Below, in pieces: positions 9,843-21,134 of a stretch of DNA of 64,000 bases (position 1 is the first letter of the stretch; the number at the start of each line of letters is the position of its first letter). Location of the stretch: the NCBI GenBank assembly GCA_022561775.1, contig JADFQO010000003.1, positions 4,304 through 68,303 of the forward strand, given 5' to 3'. The notes below the pieces were generated by a model that had not been told where the DNA came from, ran no database searches, and saw only the letters and a list, made by a program, of their open reading frames with translations. The stretch comes from Myxococcales bacterium (GTDB lineage Bacteria > Myxococcota_A > UBA9160 > SMWR01). Both the position numbers and the translations under genes were made by a program.

Positions 9843-11690
9843 ATGAGTTTGGTCGGAAGCCTCGAGGATCTGGGTCTCGGGGATATCCTGCAGATCATCA
9901 GTCTATCTCGGAAGTCGGGTCTCTTGTTGGTTCACTCCGAACAGGGCGAGGGCCGGATCGTCTTCTGCGAGGGTCTGGTTCGGGCCGCCTATGTGAAAGG
10001 CGAGCCGGAAGATCTTCGTTCGCTTCTCGTAGACGCCGACTTCCTCCGCGCTGAAGATTTCGATCGTGCGGCGGAACTCTCGAGCGAGCGCGGCGTGCCC
10101 GTGGATGAAGTCCTCCCCGAGTGTACCTCGCTGACCTCGGAGAGCCTCGATTGCCTGCGTCGCGAACAGGTCGAGCGCGCGGTGTTCCGCATCTTCTCAT
10201 GGGTTTCTGGCGAATTCAGTTTCGAAGTGCGCGAGCAGATCGACGCGCGCGATCTCGAGATCGCGATCCAGCAGGGAATCAACGCCCAGTACCTGACGAT
10301 GGAGGCGGCGCGCCTCGTCGATGAAGGGGACGGCGGTGAAGGAGAGCCGGAGGCGGCGCTTACCGAAGAACCCTCAGCGATTTCTGCGGTGGATGACGGG
10401 TCGAAATTTTTCAGTGGCGAGGCGGATTCCGATGGACCTTCGGACTCCAGTTCCCCGCTCAGCGCCAGCGAAATGACCGAGCCCACCGACGCTGTCGAGC
10501 CCGAAATTACCTCGGAGGAGCGCGATTCGAGCGGCAACGCCGAGGCGACCGAGGACGTGCTGGCGTTTGCAGCGACTCGAAGAGAAGCGCCCGAGTTGGA
10601 GGTAGAGGAGCGCGCTGGCGCCCTCGTCGAGCAGAGCCCACACGAGGAAGCTGCGTCCCGGCCGGGTGTTGCCGCCGCTAGCCTGATCGCAATCGATCCG
10701 AATCTCCGCAGCCTCGAATGGCAGAAGCAGAACCTCTCCGAAATCTTCCCGCGCGTGCACATCTTCCAGAACGGCGAGAGTGGGATTGCGCGGATTCGCC
10801 AGTATCTGCGTCGGGGGGAGATCCCCGTCGTTCTCGTGTCGATCGATCTGGCAACAGCGAAGGCGTCTGGCGTCGAAAGCCTCGCCGAGTTCATCCGACG
10901 CATCAAACTTCTCGCGCCATCCATGCCCGTGTTGATTGCGCGATACGAAGAAGCGCAATCAGACGAATCCGTCGATGCCGCCGATTCCATACTCACCGGA
11001 CCGGATCCCGCTCTTCTCGCCGATCAAAACGATTGGCCGAAGCTCGCCGAAGAGGCGGAGCGCTTTCGAACCGAGGTCGCTGGGTTTCTCAAACGGCCGC
11101 TGCACCCAACGAGCGACTCGAAGCGCGCCAACCGGCCGTCTGCTTCCAGCGACGCTGAGGGTTCGGCGAAGCTGCAAAACCTGCGGGCCGTGAGCGAGCG
11201 CATCCGCGATCCCGCCAATCGAGGAGAGGTTCTGAAGCTCGTGCTGAAATTCGCCTCGGAGACCCTTTCGCGGGTCGCCATGTTCATGGTGCGAGACGAG
11301 ATCGCCCTGGGCGTCGCACAGATCGGATTGCCCAGCGGGGGAGGGCCCGACGACGCCCAATTTCGGGAGATCGAACTGCCCGTCGCGGAAGTTGAATGGT
11401 TCCGGCATGTCCTCGAGGCCCGTACCTCACTCTGCTCGCCCGCGACCGGCGATGGCGACCGGGCTCTCGCGTGCCGGATCGGCGATCGGGAGCCAGCCCA
11501 GGCCTATATCGCACCGGTCTTGAGCGGTGGACAGGTGGTGGCACTCTTGTACGCAGACAACCTACCGGGTGCGGAACCCATCGGAGACACGTCGGTCATC
11601 GAGATCGCACTACACGAGGTCGGACTGGCGCTCGAGCGGGCGCTTCTACAGCGCTCCCTTGCGCAGATCGGAGACCTCTCCGCGTCCTGA
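9843..11690 (+). CDS. DUF4388 domain protein with acidic linker, degenerate REC-like region and C-terminal GAF-like domain
   Basis: MSLVGSLEDLGLGDILQIISLSRKSG..W.SGEFSF; C-terminal PVLSGGQVVALLYAD. Confidence 0.8.
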   Translation: MSLVGSLEDLGLGDILQIISLSRKSGLLLVHSEQGEGRIVFCEGLVRAAYVKGEPEDLRSLLVDADFLRAEDFDRAAELSSERGVPVDEVLPECTSLTSESLDCLRREQVERAVFRIFSWVSGEFSFEVREQIDARDLEIAIQQGINAQYLTMEAARLVDEGDGGEGEPEAALTEEPSAISAVDDGSKFFSGEADSDGPSDSSSPLSASEMTEPTDAVEPEITSEERDSSGNAEATEDVLAFAATRREAPELEVEERAGALVEQSPHEEAASRPGVAAASLIAIDPNLRSLEWQKQNLSEIFPRVHIFQNGESGIARIRQYLRRGEIPVVLVSIDLATAKASGVESLAEFIRRIKLLAPSMPVLIARYEEAQSDESVDAADSILTGPDPALLADQNDWPKLAEEAERFRTEVAGFLKRPLHPTSDSKRANRPSASSDAEGSAKLQNLRAVSERIRDPANRGEVLKLVLKFASETLSRVAMFMVRDEIALGVAQIGLPSGGGPDDAQFREIELPVAEVEWFRHVLEARTSLCSPATGDGDRALACRIGDREPAQAYIAPVLSGGQVVALLYADNLPGAEPIGDTSVIEIALHEVGLALERALLQRSLAQIGDLSAS

Positions 11691-11763
11691 GACTCCGCTT
11701 CGGCGGAAGCTCGATCGAGCGGGGTTCAATGCGCGGGAAATCGCCCGAAGTACCGAGACTCCC

Positions 11764-11790
11764 TCAAGAAAAGCCTTGAACGTCCGATAC
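11764..11790 (+). promoter_or_regulatory. Putative sigma28/FliA-like promoter
   Basis: TCAA-N15-TCCGATAC, ending 43 bp before the cheY start. Confidence 0.5.
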
Positions 11791-11833
11791 GAAGTGCGGC
11801 CGAATCGGCGCCGAACAGCTCCCGGAGGGGTCC

Positions 11834-12220
11834 GTGAAGCGAATTCTGATCGTAGAAGATTCTCCTACGATGCGGGCGCTGCTCAACTCCGCGCTCGAGG
11901 ATCTCGAGGTTCCGGTGAAGATCACGGAGGCCTCCAGCGGCTTCGAGGCACTCCGCTGTCTGCCGCGCGAGTCCTTCGACCTGATCGTGACCGACATCAA
12001 CATGCCCGATATCAACGGTCTGGAGCTGGTGTCGTTCGCGAAGAGCAATGACGCCTACCGATCGATTCCGCTGGTCATCGTGTCGACTGAGGGGACCGAG
12101 CGAGATCGCGAGAGAGGCCTCGAATTGGGTGCCGATGCCTACCTCGCCAAGCCCTTCGAGCCCGAGACCCTGCGGGAGGTCGTGGCGGACCTGCTTTCCC
12201 GCGGCGTGCAGAGCGAGTAG
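11834..12220 (+). CDS. cheY: Single-domain response regulator (CheY-like)
   Basis: ILIVEDS, TDINMP, LAKPF; GGAGG RBS. Confidence 0.9.
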   Translation: MKRILIVEDSPTMRALLNSALEDLEVPVKITEASSGFEALRCLPRESFDLIVTDINMPDINGLELVSFAKSNDAYRSIPLVIVSTEGTERDRERGLELGADAYLAKPFEPETLREVVADLLSRGVQSE

Positions 12221-12226
12221 CGGCCC

Positions 12227-14275
12227 ATGGCGACTCGTGGCGGCCGATCGCGTTCTGGGCGCAAAGCGGACCAGGAGTTCGTATCGGAGGCGGAGGAGAT
12301 CCTCGAGCGCATGCGCGAGGATTACGCCGACCTCGACGACCAGAGGGCCGCCGGTGGCGAAGTCGAACCCGATCTGATCAACCGGCTGTTTCGCTCCGCT
12401 CACTCGCTCAAGGCACTGGCGGGGATGTTTGGGCTCGAGTCGATCCAGGATCTCGCCCATCACCTCGAGGACATTCTCGATGGCCTGCGACTCGGCAGGG
12501 TGTCGCTGGACTCGCCGTTGATTGGACTGATCGACGAGGCGATTCACACCTTCGCGAACCTGCTCGAATCCGTGGGCGACGAGGAGGCTCTGGCCGCCTT
12601 CAACGAGCCGGTGGAGGATCTCGCGAATCGCATCGAGGCATCCGCCAAGGAGGCCTCCGCCGGCGGCGAATTGCAGTCCCTGGAGATCGATGACGCACTG
12701 CTGCGGGCGTTGACCGAATACGAGGAACACCGGCTCCGCGAAAACATTCAACGCGGACGGCACATCATGCTGGTCGTCTCGACGTTCGAAATCATGTCCT
12801 TCGACGAGGGGCTTTCTGAACTCTCCGATTCGATTCGCGAGTTTGGAGAAGTGATTTCGACTCTTCCAGCTCCCGGGGAAACCCCAGAGTCGCAGATCCG
12901 TTTCTCGTTGCTGGTCGCCTCCGATCTGAACGTCGCGGAACTCACCGAAGCGTTCGACTTTCCGGACGCCGAAGTAGAATCGGTGCGGGAGGGCGGCCTG
13001 GCTGTGGAGGCGATTGCAGAGCCCTCCGCGAGCGAACCCGCGCCGCAAGCGCCGCTCGCTTCCGAGCAGGAGTCGCTGCGATCGATCAGCGAGACGGTGC
13101 GAGTCGACATTCACAAACTCGACGAACTGATGATTCTGGTCGGCGAGTTCGTGATTCAGCGTGCGTCGATCGGTGAAATTGCCGCGCGGCTCCTAGCCCA
13201 GCCCCAGAACGCCAAGATCGGCGCCGAGTTGTCAAAAATCCACAAATCGTTCGATCGGAAGCTCAAGGGCATTCAGTCTGCAGTGTTGGAAGTCCGGATG
13301 GTTCCGATGCGGCAGGTCTTTGACAAGGTCTCCCGCGTGGTGCGTTCGCTGCGGCGGGACCTGCAGAAGGACGTCAGACTCGAAGTGTCTGGCGCTGATA
13401 CCGAACTCGACAAGTTGATCGTCGAGGAGTTGGTCGATCCCTTGATGCATATCGTCCGCAACTCGATCGATCACGGGATCGAATCCGTCGAGGAGCGACT
13501 GGCGGCGGGCAAGGCTGCCCAGGGCTGCACCAAAATCAGCGCATTCCAACGCGGAAACCACGTGGTCATCTCGGTTTCCGACGATGGCAAGGGAATCGAT
13601 CGAGCCGCCCTATTGGCCCGCGCGGAGTCGCTCGGTCTGGTCTCCGCAGACACCGAGTTGAGCGACCGCGAGACCCTGAATCTGATCTTTGTGCCGGGCC
13701 TTTCGACCCAGGTAGGAGTCAGCGAGACCAGCGGTCGAGGGGTGGGGATGGACGTGGTGCGGGAGAACGTGGCGGCGCTGGGAGGCGCCGTCGAGGTGGA
13801 GTCGATTCCGGATCGCGGCACCACGATTTCGATGACCCTGCCGATTACGCTCGCGATCATTCAATCCCTGATCGTCTCAGTTGGTGAGCATCGATTTGCG
13901 ATTCCGATCAACGCCGTGCACGAAACCCTGCTGATCGATACCAGCGAGATCCAGCGCAGCGAGGGCCGCAAGATTCTCAACCTTCGTGGAGACGCACTGT
14001 TGCTGCGAAGTTTGGCCGAAGAATTCGAACTCGGAGTATCGGAATCATCGGAGAAGCAATTCGCCGTGATCGTGGGCCTGGGCGAACAGCGAATCGGGTT
14101 ACTCGTCGACAGCTTGGAGGGTCAGCAGGACACGGTGATCAAGCCGATCCAGGGCCCGGTCAAGAACATGCGCGGCTTCTCCGGAGCGACGGAGTTGGGC
14201 GATCAGGATGCCGTGCTGGTTGTCGATATCGCCAGCCTGCTAGAGGACGCCCTGAGCAGGAAGGAATCCGCATGA
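12227..14275 (+). CDS. cheA: Chemotaxis histidine kinase CheA
   Basis: Hpt FRSAHSLK, HIVRNSIDHG, DDGKGID, SGRGVGMDVV, C-terminal CheW domain. Confidence 0.96.
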   Translation: MATRGGRSRSGRKADQEFVSEAEEILERMREDYADLDDQRAAGGEVEPDLINRLFRSAHSLKALAGMFGLESIQDLAHHLEDILDGLRLGRVSLDSPLIGLIDEAIHTFANLLESVGDEEALAAFNEPVEDLANRIEASAKEASAGGELQSLEIDDALLRALTEYEEHRLRENIQRGRHIMLVVSTFEIMSFDEGLSELSDSIREFGEVISTLPAPGETPESQIRFSLLVASDLNVAELTEAFDFPDAEVESVREGGLAVEAIAEPSASEPAPQAPLASEQESLRSISETVRVDIHKLDELMILVGEFVIQRASIGEIAARLLAQPQNAKIGAELSKIHKSFDRKLKGIQSAVLEVRMVPMRQVFDKVSRVVRSLRRDLQKDVRLEVSGADTELDKLIVEELVDPLMHIVRNSIDHGIESVEERLAAGKAAQGCTKISAFQRGNHVVISVSDDGKGIDRAALLARAESLGLVSADTELSDRETLNLIFVPGLSTQVGVSETSGRGVGMDVVRENVAALGGAVEVESIPDRGTTISMTLPITLAIIQSLIVSVGEHRFAIPINAVHETLLIDTSEIQRSEGRKILNLRGDALLLRSLAEEFELGVSESSEKQFAVIVGLGEQRIGLLVDSLEGQQDTVIKPIQGPVKNMRGFSGATELGDQDAVLVVDIASLLEDALSRKESA

Positions 14276-14784
14276 GTGCGGTGAGACCGTCGAGCGACGA
14301 GGTGCGAGAATGGGACGATCTTGCGCGCTCAGCGTCTGATCGCGGCGATTCGGCCGAATCGTTCGACGAGATTCATCAATTGCTGTGTTTCGAAATCGCA
14401 GGAGCGCCCTATGCGGTACCCGTGGAGCGGGTGCGGGAAATCGTTCGGATGCGCCCCGTCACTCCGGTTCCGCGTACCCCCGAGGTTGTTCGCGGAGTCA
14501 TTTCGCTGCGCGGTGAGATGATTGAATTGATCGACCTTCGTCGTCGACTCGACCTCGGGTCGATCGAGCCGTCTCGTCGGACCCGGATCATCGTGGTCAA
14601 GACGGATGACGACGAAGTCGTGGGGCTACTCGTCGACGCCGTGAGAGAGGTCTTGCGGGTTTCCGATGAGGCGATTCAGTCCGCCACGGGTTCCGATACG
14701 GGTGCCGTCAGCGAACTCTGCACATTCCGGGACGAGTTCGTGTCGATCATTGAGCTGGACAGGTTGCTGGCTCTCGATGCCTGA
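14272..14784 (+). CDS. cheW: CheW adaptor
   Basis: VREIVR..TPVP..VRGVISLRGEMIELIDL, VGLLVDAVREV. Confidence 0.92.
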   Translation: MSAVRPSSDEVREWDDLARSASDRGDSAESFDEIHQLLCFEIAGAPYAVPVERVREIVRMRPVTPVPRTPEVVRGVISLRGEMIELIDLRRRLDLGSIEPSRRTRIIVVKTDDDEVVGLLVDAVREVLRVSDEAIQSATGSDTGAVSELCTFRDEFVSIIELDRLLALDA

Positions 14785-15271
14785 CGCAATTTCCATAACC
14801 TCCGCAGAAAACGACGTCACGCTCGGCTGCTTCGAGGTAGGAGGTCGCTTGATAGCGATCGACGTTGTGAACGTTCGCGAAGTCGTTCGGTGGCAGCCCG
14901 TGACTCCCCTGCCCAAATCGCCGGCACTGATCGATGGTGTCGTCGACCTTCGCGGCATCCTGGTGCCCGTCGTTGACCTCGGACGAGCGTTGAACGATCG
15001 CAAGGTGGATCCGTCGAGCGCTACGCGAATCGTGGTGACCGAGACGAATGGCCTCATTGTCGGTTTGACGGTCGACTCTGCGGTCGAGGTTCTGCAGGTC
15101 GGCGCCGCCAGCATGGAAGATCCGCCGCCCCTTGCTACCCACGCGGGCTACGAAGCGGTCCGGGCCGTGATTCGAAGGCCCGATTCGGAACCGATCATGG
15201 TTCTGTCGTTGGAGTATCTGATCGAGAGCGTCTACCGCTCGGTGCTGACCGACCGTGAGGACGCGGCATGA
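14777..15271 (+). CDS. cheW: CheW adaptor (second copy)
   Basis: [33 protein letters not shown]. Confidence 0.9.
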   Translation: MPDAISITSAENDVTLGCFEVGGRLIAIDVVNVREVVRWQPVTPLPKSPALIDGVVDLRGILVPVVDLGRALNDRKVDPSSATRIVVTETNGLIVGLTVDSAVEVLQVGAASMEDPPPLATHAGYEAVRAVIRRPDSEPIMVLSLEYLIESVYRSVLTDREDAA

Positions 15272-17841
15272 GTCCGGCTCTTCCCAATTCGTCCGAATTC
15301 AGGTGGCGCATTTTTTTGCTCTACTACGGCATCTCGCTGCCGGGCCCCGCTGTCCTGGTCGCGTCTCTCTTCGCCCTGCTGGATCTCACGAGCGTGGCGT
15401 GGCTCTGGCTCTGCTCATTCGCCGGGGGTTACGCAGTACTCGCCTCTACGATGGCGACGAAGAAGCAGCTCTCCAGCATCGATCCGATCATGACCTTTTT
15501 GGATCGCTGCTCCGCAGACCGGGTCGATGATGAAGATTGCCGGGCTGGCTTTGCGGCCGCTCTGGACTTGCCGCGGAGCCTGGCAGTGGCTGCCATGGTC
15601 AGCTGGCTGGCGACGGGTGGTATGACGGCCGTCTCGATGGCGCTTCTATTCGAGTCATTCGGCTTGGCGGAGAGCGCGATTGTGGTCGTCGCGGAATTGA
15701 TTGCGGGCTTCGTCTCTGGGGGCATCCTGTTCTTCGTGGTAAAGCGCGAAGTCGAGGAGATTCGCGTGGCGCTCACCGTGAAGATTCCCGACCCGGATGT
15801 ACGCCGCGCCCAACTGAAACCGATCTCGCTCCGGAGCAAGATAATCTGCGGTGCCGTAGGTGTGACGGCCGTTCCGATGATCGTTGCACTGGTGTTCTTC
15901 TCTGTGAAGATAAGCGATGGCATCGAAGGCTTTGCGATGCGCTGGCAGAATGACGTTCTCGATGCGTTGATTGACCGACTTGACGAGCAGGAGCTGAGCG
16001 CTGCCACGACTTCGGTGCTCGGTGACAAGTCGACTCTTGCCGCACCTCTGGATGTAACGCTGCTGGACCTCGCCACGCCCAATGCAGCTAGGCGTGGAAT
16101 CCTCGACGCTCAGCTCGTCGCGGAAATCAGGGCCGAGCGCGAGAGTGGCGTCGAGCGTGGCAGCCGAGGATCTCGGTTTTTTGGACGCGTCTTCTCGTGG
16201 CGAGCTCTCGACAACGGCAGCGTTCTCGTGGTGTCTACGCCTCTCCGCGCGTTGAAGTTCGAGACGGGTCGAGCCTCGATTGCATTCGCTGGTCTACTCG
16301 CTGTCGCGATCGCAATCGGTGGTGTCTTGGCGTGGCTGGTATCGAGCGACATCACCCGCGGGTTGGGTCAGCTGAATACCGAAGTCGCACGGATGGCTTC
16401 CGGTGATCTTCGCCGAGACCGCGTGTTCGATTCGGAGGATGAAATCGGAGAACTCTCGAGATCCTTCGAGTCCATGGCTGGATCGCTTCGCTCGGTGCTT
16501 TCTCGGATCTTCGGGGCAGCTGACCAGCTCGAAGAAACCGCTGTGGACATCGCATCGATCTCGCAGGGAGTGGCATCGGTTACCAAGGATCAGGTTTCTG
16601 GGATTCAGCAAGCAGCGCTTTCCATGGAGGCGATCGACACCCAGGTGCGGGGGATCGCGGGCTCTGCGGGGGTGCTCACTAGCTCGGTCGAGGAGTCTTC
16701 CAGCTCGATCCTGGAGTTGGGCGCCGCAAGCGACGATCTGAACGAGACTGCAGTGACCCTGTCCGAGAAAGTCGACGAAGTTTCCACGTCGATGGAGCAG
16801 ATTGTTCGAAGTGTCAGTCAGGTCGTCGAAAGCACTCTGGCGCTTTCTGAAGCTTCATCGGAAACATCGTCATCAATGGAGTTGATGGCCAACTCTCTAA
16901 TCGCAGTAGACGAGAGTGCCGAGGAGTCGGCCCGATTGTCCAATTACGTTGTTTCGACTGCCGAGAGAGGCCAGGAAAAAGTTCGACAGACCATTGAGGG
17001 AATGGATGCGATCCGGCTCGCTACCGAAACCGCCGCGAAGGTGATTCGAAATCTTGGCGGACGAACGAAGGAAATCGGTGCGATCGTCGACGTGATCGAT
17101 GACGTAGCGGATGAGACGAGCCTCCTCGCGCTGAACGCCGCGATCATCGCTGCACAGGCCGGCGAGCACGGGCGTGCATTCTCGGTCGTGGCGGACGAGA
17201 TCAAGGATCTGGCGGACCGGGTGTTGGCGTCGACGAAGGAGATCGCAGATCTGATCCGCGCCGTCCAGGAAGAGGGGGCAAACGCAATCGGGGCGATTGA
17301 GACCGGAACCGAAAGCGTGGCGTCCGGCGTCGATTTTTCTGCGGAGGCGGGTGTCTCGCTCGAGGAGATCACGCGCGCTTCACGGGATAGCGGTGAGCGC
17401 ATCCAGGGGATCCTCACAGCGGTGCGGGCGCAAGCTCGCGCGGCCTCCCACGTGGTCGAGCTGATGGAGAAGGTCCGCGGCGGCGTCGACGAGATCCGCA
17501 GCGCCGCGGCCGAACAGGAGCACGGAAACACGGTCGTCTACCGCAGCACCACCGTGATGCGTGACGTCGCCCAGCAGGTGCGCGGAACGACCGAAGAACA
17601 GGCTCGCGGATCAGGCCGGATTCGGGAGAGCGTCGAGGGACAGCGAGACGCAGTCGAGCAGATCAACCAGGCGCTGCAGGAGCAGGCAGCGGCGTGTCGG
17701 TCGGCGGTCGAATTCATCGAGGAAATCTTTGCGCAGACACTGTCAAACGAGGAGTCGGCGAGCCGCATGGAAAAGGCCTCGAAGGGATTGTTGAAGCAGT
17801 CAGCCGGGCTGAGAGAAGACGTGCATCGATTTCGGCTCTGA
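15268..17841 (+). CDS. Methyl-accepting chemotaxis protein, multi-TM, long signalling domain
   Basis: About 6 hydrophobic helices, HAMP ([14 protein letters not shown]), [31 protein letters not shown]. Confidence 0.93.
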   Translation: MSPALPNSSEFRWRIFLLYYGISLPGPAVLVASLFALLDLTSVAWLWLCSFAGGYAVLASTMATKKQLSSIDPIMTFLDRCSADRVDDEDCRAGFAAALDLPRSLAVAAMVSWLATGGMTAVSMALLFESFGLAESAIVVVAELIAGFVSGGILFFVVKREVEEIRVALTVKIPDPDVRRAQLKPISLRSKIICGAVGVTAVPMIVALVFFSVKISDGIEGFAMRWQNDVLDALIDRLDEQELSAATTSVLGDKSTLAAPLDVTLLDLATPNAARRGILDAQLVAEIRAERESGVERGSRGSRFFGRVFSWRALDNGSVLVVSTPLRALKFETGRASIAFAGLLAVAIAIGGVLAWLVSSDITRGLGQLNTEVARMASGDLRRDRVFDSEDEIGELSRSFESMAGSLRSVLSRIFGAADQLEETAVDIASISQGVASVTKDQVSGIQQAALSMEAIDTQVRGIAGSAGVLTSSVEESSSSILELGAASDDLNETAVTLSEKVDEVSTSMEQIVRSVSQVVESTLALSEASSETSSSMELMANSLIAVDESAEESARLSNYVVSTAERGQEKVRQTIEGMDAIRLATETAAKVIRNLGGRTKEIGAIVDVIDDVADETSLLALNAAIIAAQAGEHGRAFSVVADEIKDLADRVLASTKEIADLIRAVQEEGANAIGAIETGTESVASGVDFSAEAGVSLEEITRASRDSGERIQGILTAVRAQARAASHVVELMEKVRGGVDEIRSAAAEQEHGNTVVYRSTTVMRDVAQQVRGTTEEQARGSGRIRESVEGQRDAVEQINQALQEQAAACRSAVEFIEEIFAQTLSNEESASRMEKASKGLLKQSAGLREDVHRFRL

Positions 17842-17907
17842 AGTGGTGAGCGTCGATGAGGGGACGATGACAGCTGTAGTCAGGGATTGCAGAGTGGGAG
17901 AGGCGCG

Positions 17908-19023
17908 ATGATCGCCGCTTGCCCCGGATGTAGTGCGCGCTATCGAATCGAAGCGGGCCGCCTGCGTCCCGAGGGCGTGCGGTTGCGCTGTTCTCGCTGT
18001 GAGGCGGTATTCCGGGTCAGCCCGCCCCCGGTTGCAGCCCAAGGCGCGGGTGTGTCCCCCGCTGGTTCCACTCCGCCGGTTCCGATGCCGCAGCCTGAAG
18101 CCTCCGGAGAACCCGCGCCCTCGCTGCCGCCGCCCATGTCTCGCCCAGCGCCGCCGGATTCCCCATCCCCTCCGGTCGATCGGGAGCGGTTGGTTCTGAT
18201 CGCAGACTCCGAGGTCGAACAGGGCAAGTCGACGGCCAGCGCTCTGGCCCAGTGGGGATTCCAGCCGACGCTCGTTCACGACGGAGTGGAGGCCATGTTG
18301 GCGATCCAGAGATTGTTGCCGCGAGCCATTGTGATTGATGCGGCCTTGCCAAAAATGTTCGGTTTTCAAGTCTGCGAGATCATAAAGAGAAACGAAAGTC
18401 TGTGCGACATACACGTGGTGCTCGTGGGTGCGGTTCACGATCGAACCCGTTACCGACGCCCGCCCGAAGAGCTCTACGGAGCCGATGCGTACATCGAACG
18501 CCAGGAGCTACCCGAATCTCTTCTATCGATCCTTCAGGGATTCGGAATGCTCTCTTCGGCCCGTCAACTACCTGCGGTTCCGGCTGTCGCCGCCACTCCA
18601 TTGACGCCACCCGTTGCCGCACCCGCCTCGGAAATTGCACCCGCCGTGGAGGCGATTCTCGAACCCGAGGCTCCCGCTGCGCCGGAAGTTGTCGAAACAG
18701 TCGGTTCCGCCGAACTCCCGGTAGCACCGCCGACGCCCAAGAGTGTTGAACCTCCCGCGCCGGGTTCGGGGGGCCCCGGAATCGACGAAAAAATCGAGCA
18801 GGCGGAACGCTTGGCGAGAATTGTGGTGTCGGACATCGTTCTCTACAGCAAGGAAAAGTTCGAAGCCGCTGTCCAGGCGGGCAACGTTCTCGAGGCCATG
18901 CAGCCCGAGATCGCGGAGGGGCGTACGCTCTTCGTAGCTCGGGTCGATCCTTCGATACAGGAAATCCGGGATTTCCTGACTGAAGAGTTGCTTCGGGTGG
19001 CGGAAGCAACCGGCAAGCCATGA
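17908..19023 (+). CDS. Zinc-ribbon (MJ0042-like) plus receiver domain protein
   Basis: CPGC..CSRC, Pro-rich linkers, LIADSE..IDAALPKMFG receiver, C-terminal AERLARIVVSDIVLY. Confidence 0.8.
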   Translation: MIAACPGCSARYRIEAGRLRPEGVRLRCSRCEAVFRVSPPPVAAQGAGVSPAGSTPPVPMPQPEASGEPAPSLPPPMSRPAPPDSPSPPVDRERLVLIADSEVEQGKSTASALAQWGFQPTLVHDGVEAMLAIQRLLPRAIVIDAALPKMFGFQVCEIIKRNESLCDIHVVLVGAVHDRTRYRRPPEELYGADAYIERQELPESLLSILQGFGMLSSARQLPAVPAVAATPLTPPVAAPASEIAPAVEAILEPEAPAAPEVVETVGSAELPVAPPTPKSVEPPAPGSGGPGIDEKIEQAERLARIVVSDIVLYSKEKFEAAVQAGNVLEAMQPEIAEGRTLFVARVDPSIQEIRDFLTEELLRVAEATGKP

Positions 19024-21134
19024 GCCTAGAATTCGACCAGAGAGACCGCGAAAGCATCACCCGGGACCTTCGAGATCGCGATGAAGAGGTGCGCCGCCTG
19101 GCGGTGGAGCGGGTCGATGCGCTTCCCGTGGAGGACGCAATCCGCTATCTGATCGAATGCCTCGGTGATTCGAGCTGGCGGGTACGAAAGACTTCGATCG
19201 AGCGTCTCGTCTCGCGCAGTGAAACAGCAGATGTGGCGAACGCGCTCGTTGATGCACTCGGCGACGGTGAGAATACCGGGCGGCGAAATGCTGCGGTCGA
19301 TGCGCTCATACACTTCAGAGAGAAAGCAGTTCCGGCCCTCCTCGCGGAATGTTCGAGCAGCGATATCGATGTTCGAAAGTTGGTAGCCGATGCCCTTGCG
19401 GGCATTGCGGATTCGCGCGCCAGAGAACCGCTCCAGGAGATGCTCGACGACCCAGATTCCAATGTTCGCGCGTCCGCAGCCGACGCGCTCGGCGCGATCG
19501 GTGGAGATGGTGTGCCGGAGGCCTTGATTCGCAAGGCGGCCGACAGCGGAGAGGATCAGTTGGTGCGGTTCTCCGCGATCCATGCACTGAATGCGTTGGA
19601 GTTTCCGATTCGCGCCAGTGAACTCGGAACCGTGTTGCAAGATCCGATTCTCGGCCACGCGTGTCTGGCACTGCTCGGCCGCACCGAAGGCGACGAAGAG
19701 GGCATCGCCATACTCCTCAAGGCCCTCGGATCCGGATCCCGCTCCAGTCGCGAGGCCTCGATACGCTCGCTGCTCAGGATCGTCGGACAGATCGGGCCCG
19801 AACAAAACGATTCGCTCATTGCGCGAATTCGAGCTGCCGCTCTGGTGAACGACCTGGTGGTTGCAAGCGCAGTCGAGCGGCTTCCCGAAGCGGATCTTTC
19901 GATGAAATTGATCCTGATTCAATTCCTCGGGATCGTGGCAACGCCCAGCGCCGTGATGCCGATCCTCCTGGCTGGACGCGATGAGGCGCTCTCTGGATCG
20001 GCGCTCTCGACCCTCGAGTCGTTGGGCGACGTTGCCGAGGAAATCATCGACGCGGAGTGGTCGGAACTCGACGCTGATGCCAGGCGAGACGCTTGCCTGT
20101 TCTTCGGTGGAATCGACGGAGAGAGAAGCGCTGCTCGACTGCTCTCATCGCTCGAGCATCCATCGAGCGATGTTCGGTCCACAGCCGCTCGATCGATAGG
20201 CCGTCGAGGCCTCGCGTCGGGGCTAGCACCACTCGTGGTGCAACTTGCCGCTGCAGCAGCCGAGGATGATTTCGAAGCGGAAGAAGAACTCGCGGCGATT
20301 ACCGATGGCTTGATCGCGCTGGCAGCGCCCGGACCCAAGACGGGAACGGCGGTGACCGCACGAGCGATCGAACTCCTGACTGCCTGCCTCGACAGAGCTG
20401 CAGAGAGTGTTCGAATCGCAGTCGCCACGGTCATCGGGCGCATCGGTCGCCCTGAGGATTCGCAAATCGTCAGCTTTCTGATGAAGGATGCCAGTTCGTC
20501 AGTCCGGCGGGCGTCGCTCGAGGCGCTCGCGCGCCTCGAGCCCGGAACCGCTGCGGAGCCGCTTCGGCTCGCCCTCGCGGACGAATCGCCGATGGTTCGG
20601 ATTGCGGCAGCCCGTGCCCTGGGCGCATCCGAGAGCGTTGAAGTGGTCGATGACCTGAGACGGCTCGCGGACGACGAAGACTCGGGAGTTCGCGCTGCGG
20701 CGGTGCGGTCCGTGGTCTTCCGCTTCAGCCAATCGAGCACCGACCGGAGCTGGGGCGAGATGCTGCAGGTAATCGATGCCGCTCTGGCCGACGAACCGCC
20801 GGTAGCTCTTGCCGCGATCGAAGCGCTCTGCGAAGTGGGTGGAATTGCAGCGGAGCGCGCGGTGGGAATTCTGGAGCGACCGGAACCCGAACTGGTTCGC
20901 GCGGCTATTCGCTGCATCGGTCTCCATTCGGATTCGGACGGTCTGGAGGCGCTCTTCCCGCTGATCGGCCATCCCGACTGGTCGGTCCGCGCGGAAGCGA
21001 TCCAGACGATTGCCGATCGCCGGTTGATTCGAGGGGTGCCTTCGATTCTTCGCCGCCTGGACGTGGAGCAAGATGATTTTGTGCGTGACGTGACGCTCTC
21101 GGCCCTCAAGCGACTCGAAGGCGAGGTTGGATGA
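19020..21134 (+). CDS. HEAT/PBS-lyase repeat protein
   Basis: Repeated L.D....VR..AA.ALG motifs. Confidence 0.88.
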   Translation: MSLEFDQRDRESITRDLRDRDEEVRRLAVERVDALPVEDAIRYLIECLGDSSWRVRKTSIERLVSRSETADVANALVDALGDGENTGRRNAAVDALIHFREKAVPALLAECSSSDIDVRKLVADALAGIADSRAREPLQEMLDDPDSNVRASAADALGAIGGDGVPEALIRKAADSGEDQLVRFSAIHALNALEFPIRASELGTVLQDPILGHACLALLGRTEGDEEGIAILLKALGSGSRSSREASIRSLLRIVGQIGPEQNDSLIARIRAAALVNDLVVASAVERLPEADLSMKLILIQFLGIVATPSAVMPILLAGRDEALSGSALSTLESLGDVAEEIIDAEWSELDADARRDACLFFGGIDGERSAARLLSSLEHPSSDVRSTAARSIGRRGLASGLAPLVVQLAAAAAEDDFEAEEELAAITDGLIALAAPGPKTGTAVTARAIELLTACLDRAAESVRIAVATVIGRIGRPEDSQIVSFLMKDASSSVRRASLEALARLEPGTAAEPLRLALADESPMVRIAAARALGASESVEVVDDLRRLADDEDSGVRAAAVRSVVFRFSQSSTDRSWGEMLQVIDAALADEPPVALAAIEALCEVGGIAAERAVGILERPEPELVRAAIRCIGLHSDSDGLEALFPLIGHPDWSVRAEAIQTIADRRLIRGVPSILRRLDVEQDDFVRDVTLSALKRLEGEVG

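Noticed and set aside
11694-11707. TCCGC-TTCG-GCGGA hairpin as a terminator
   Set aside because: 5-bp stem with no U-tract
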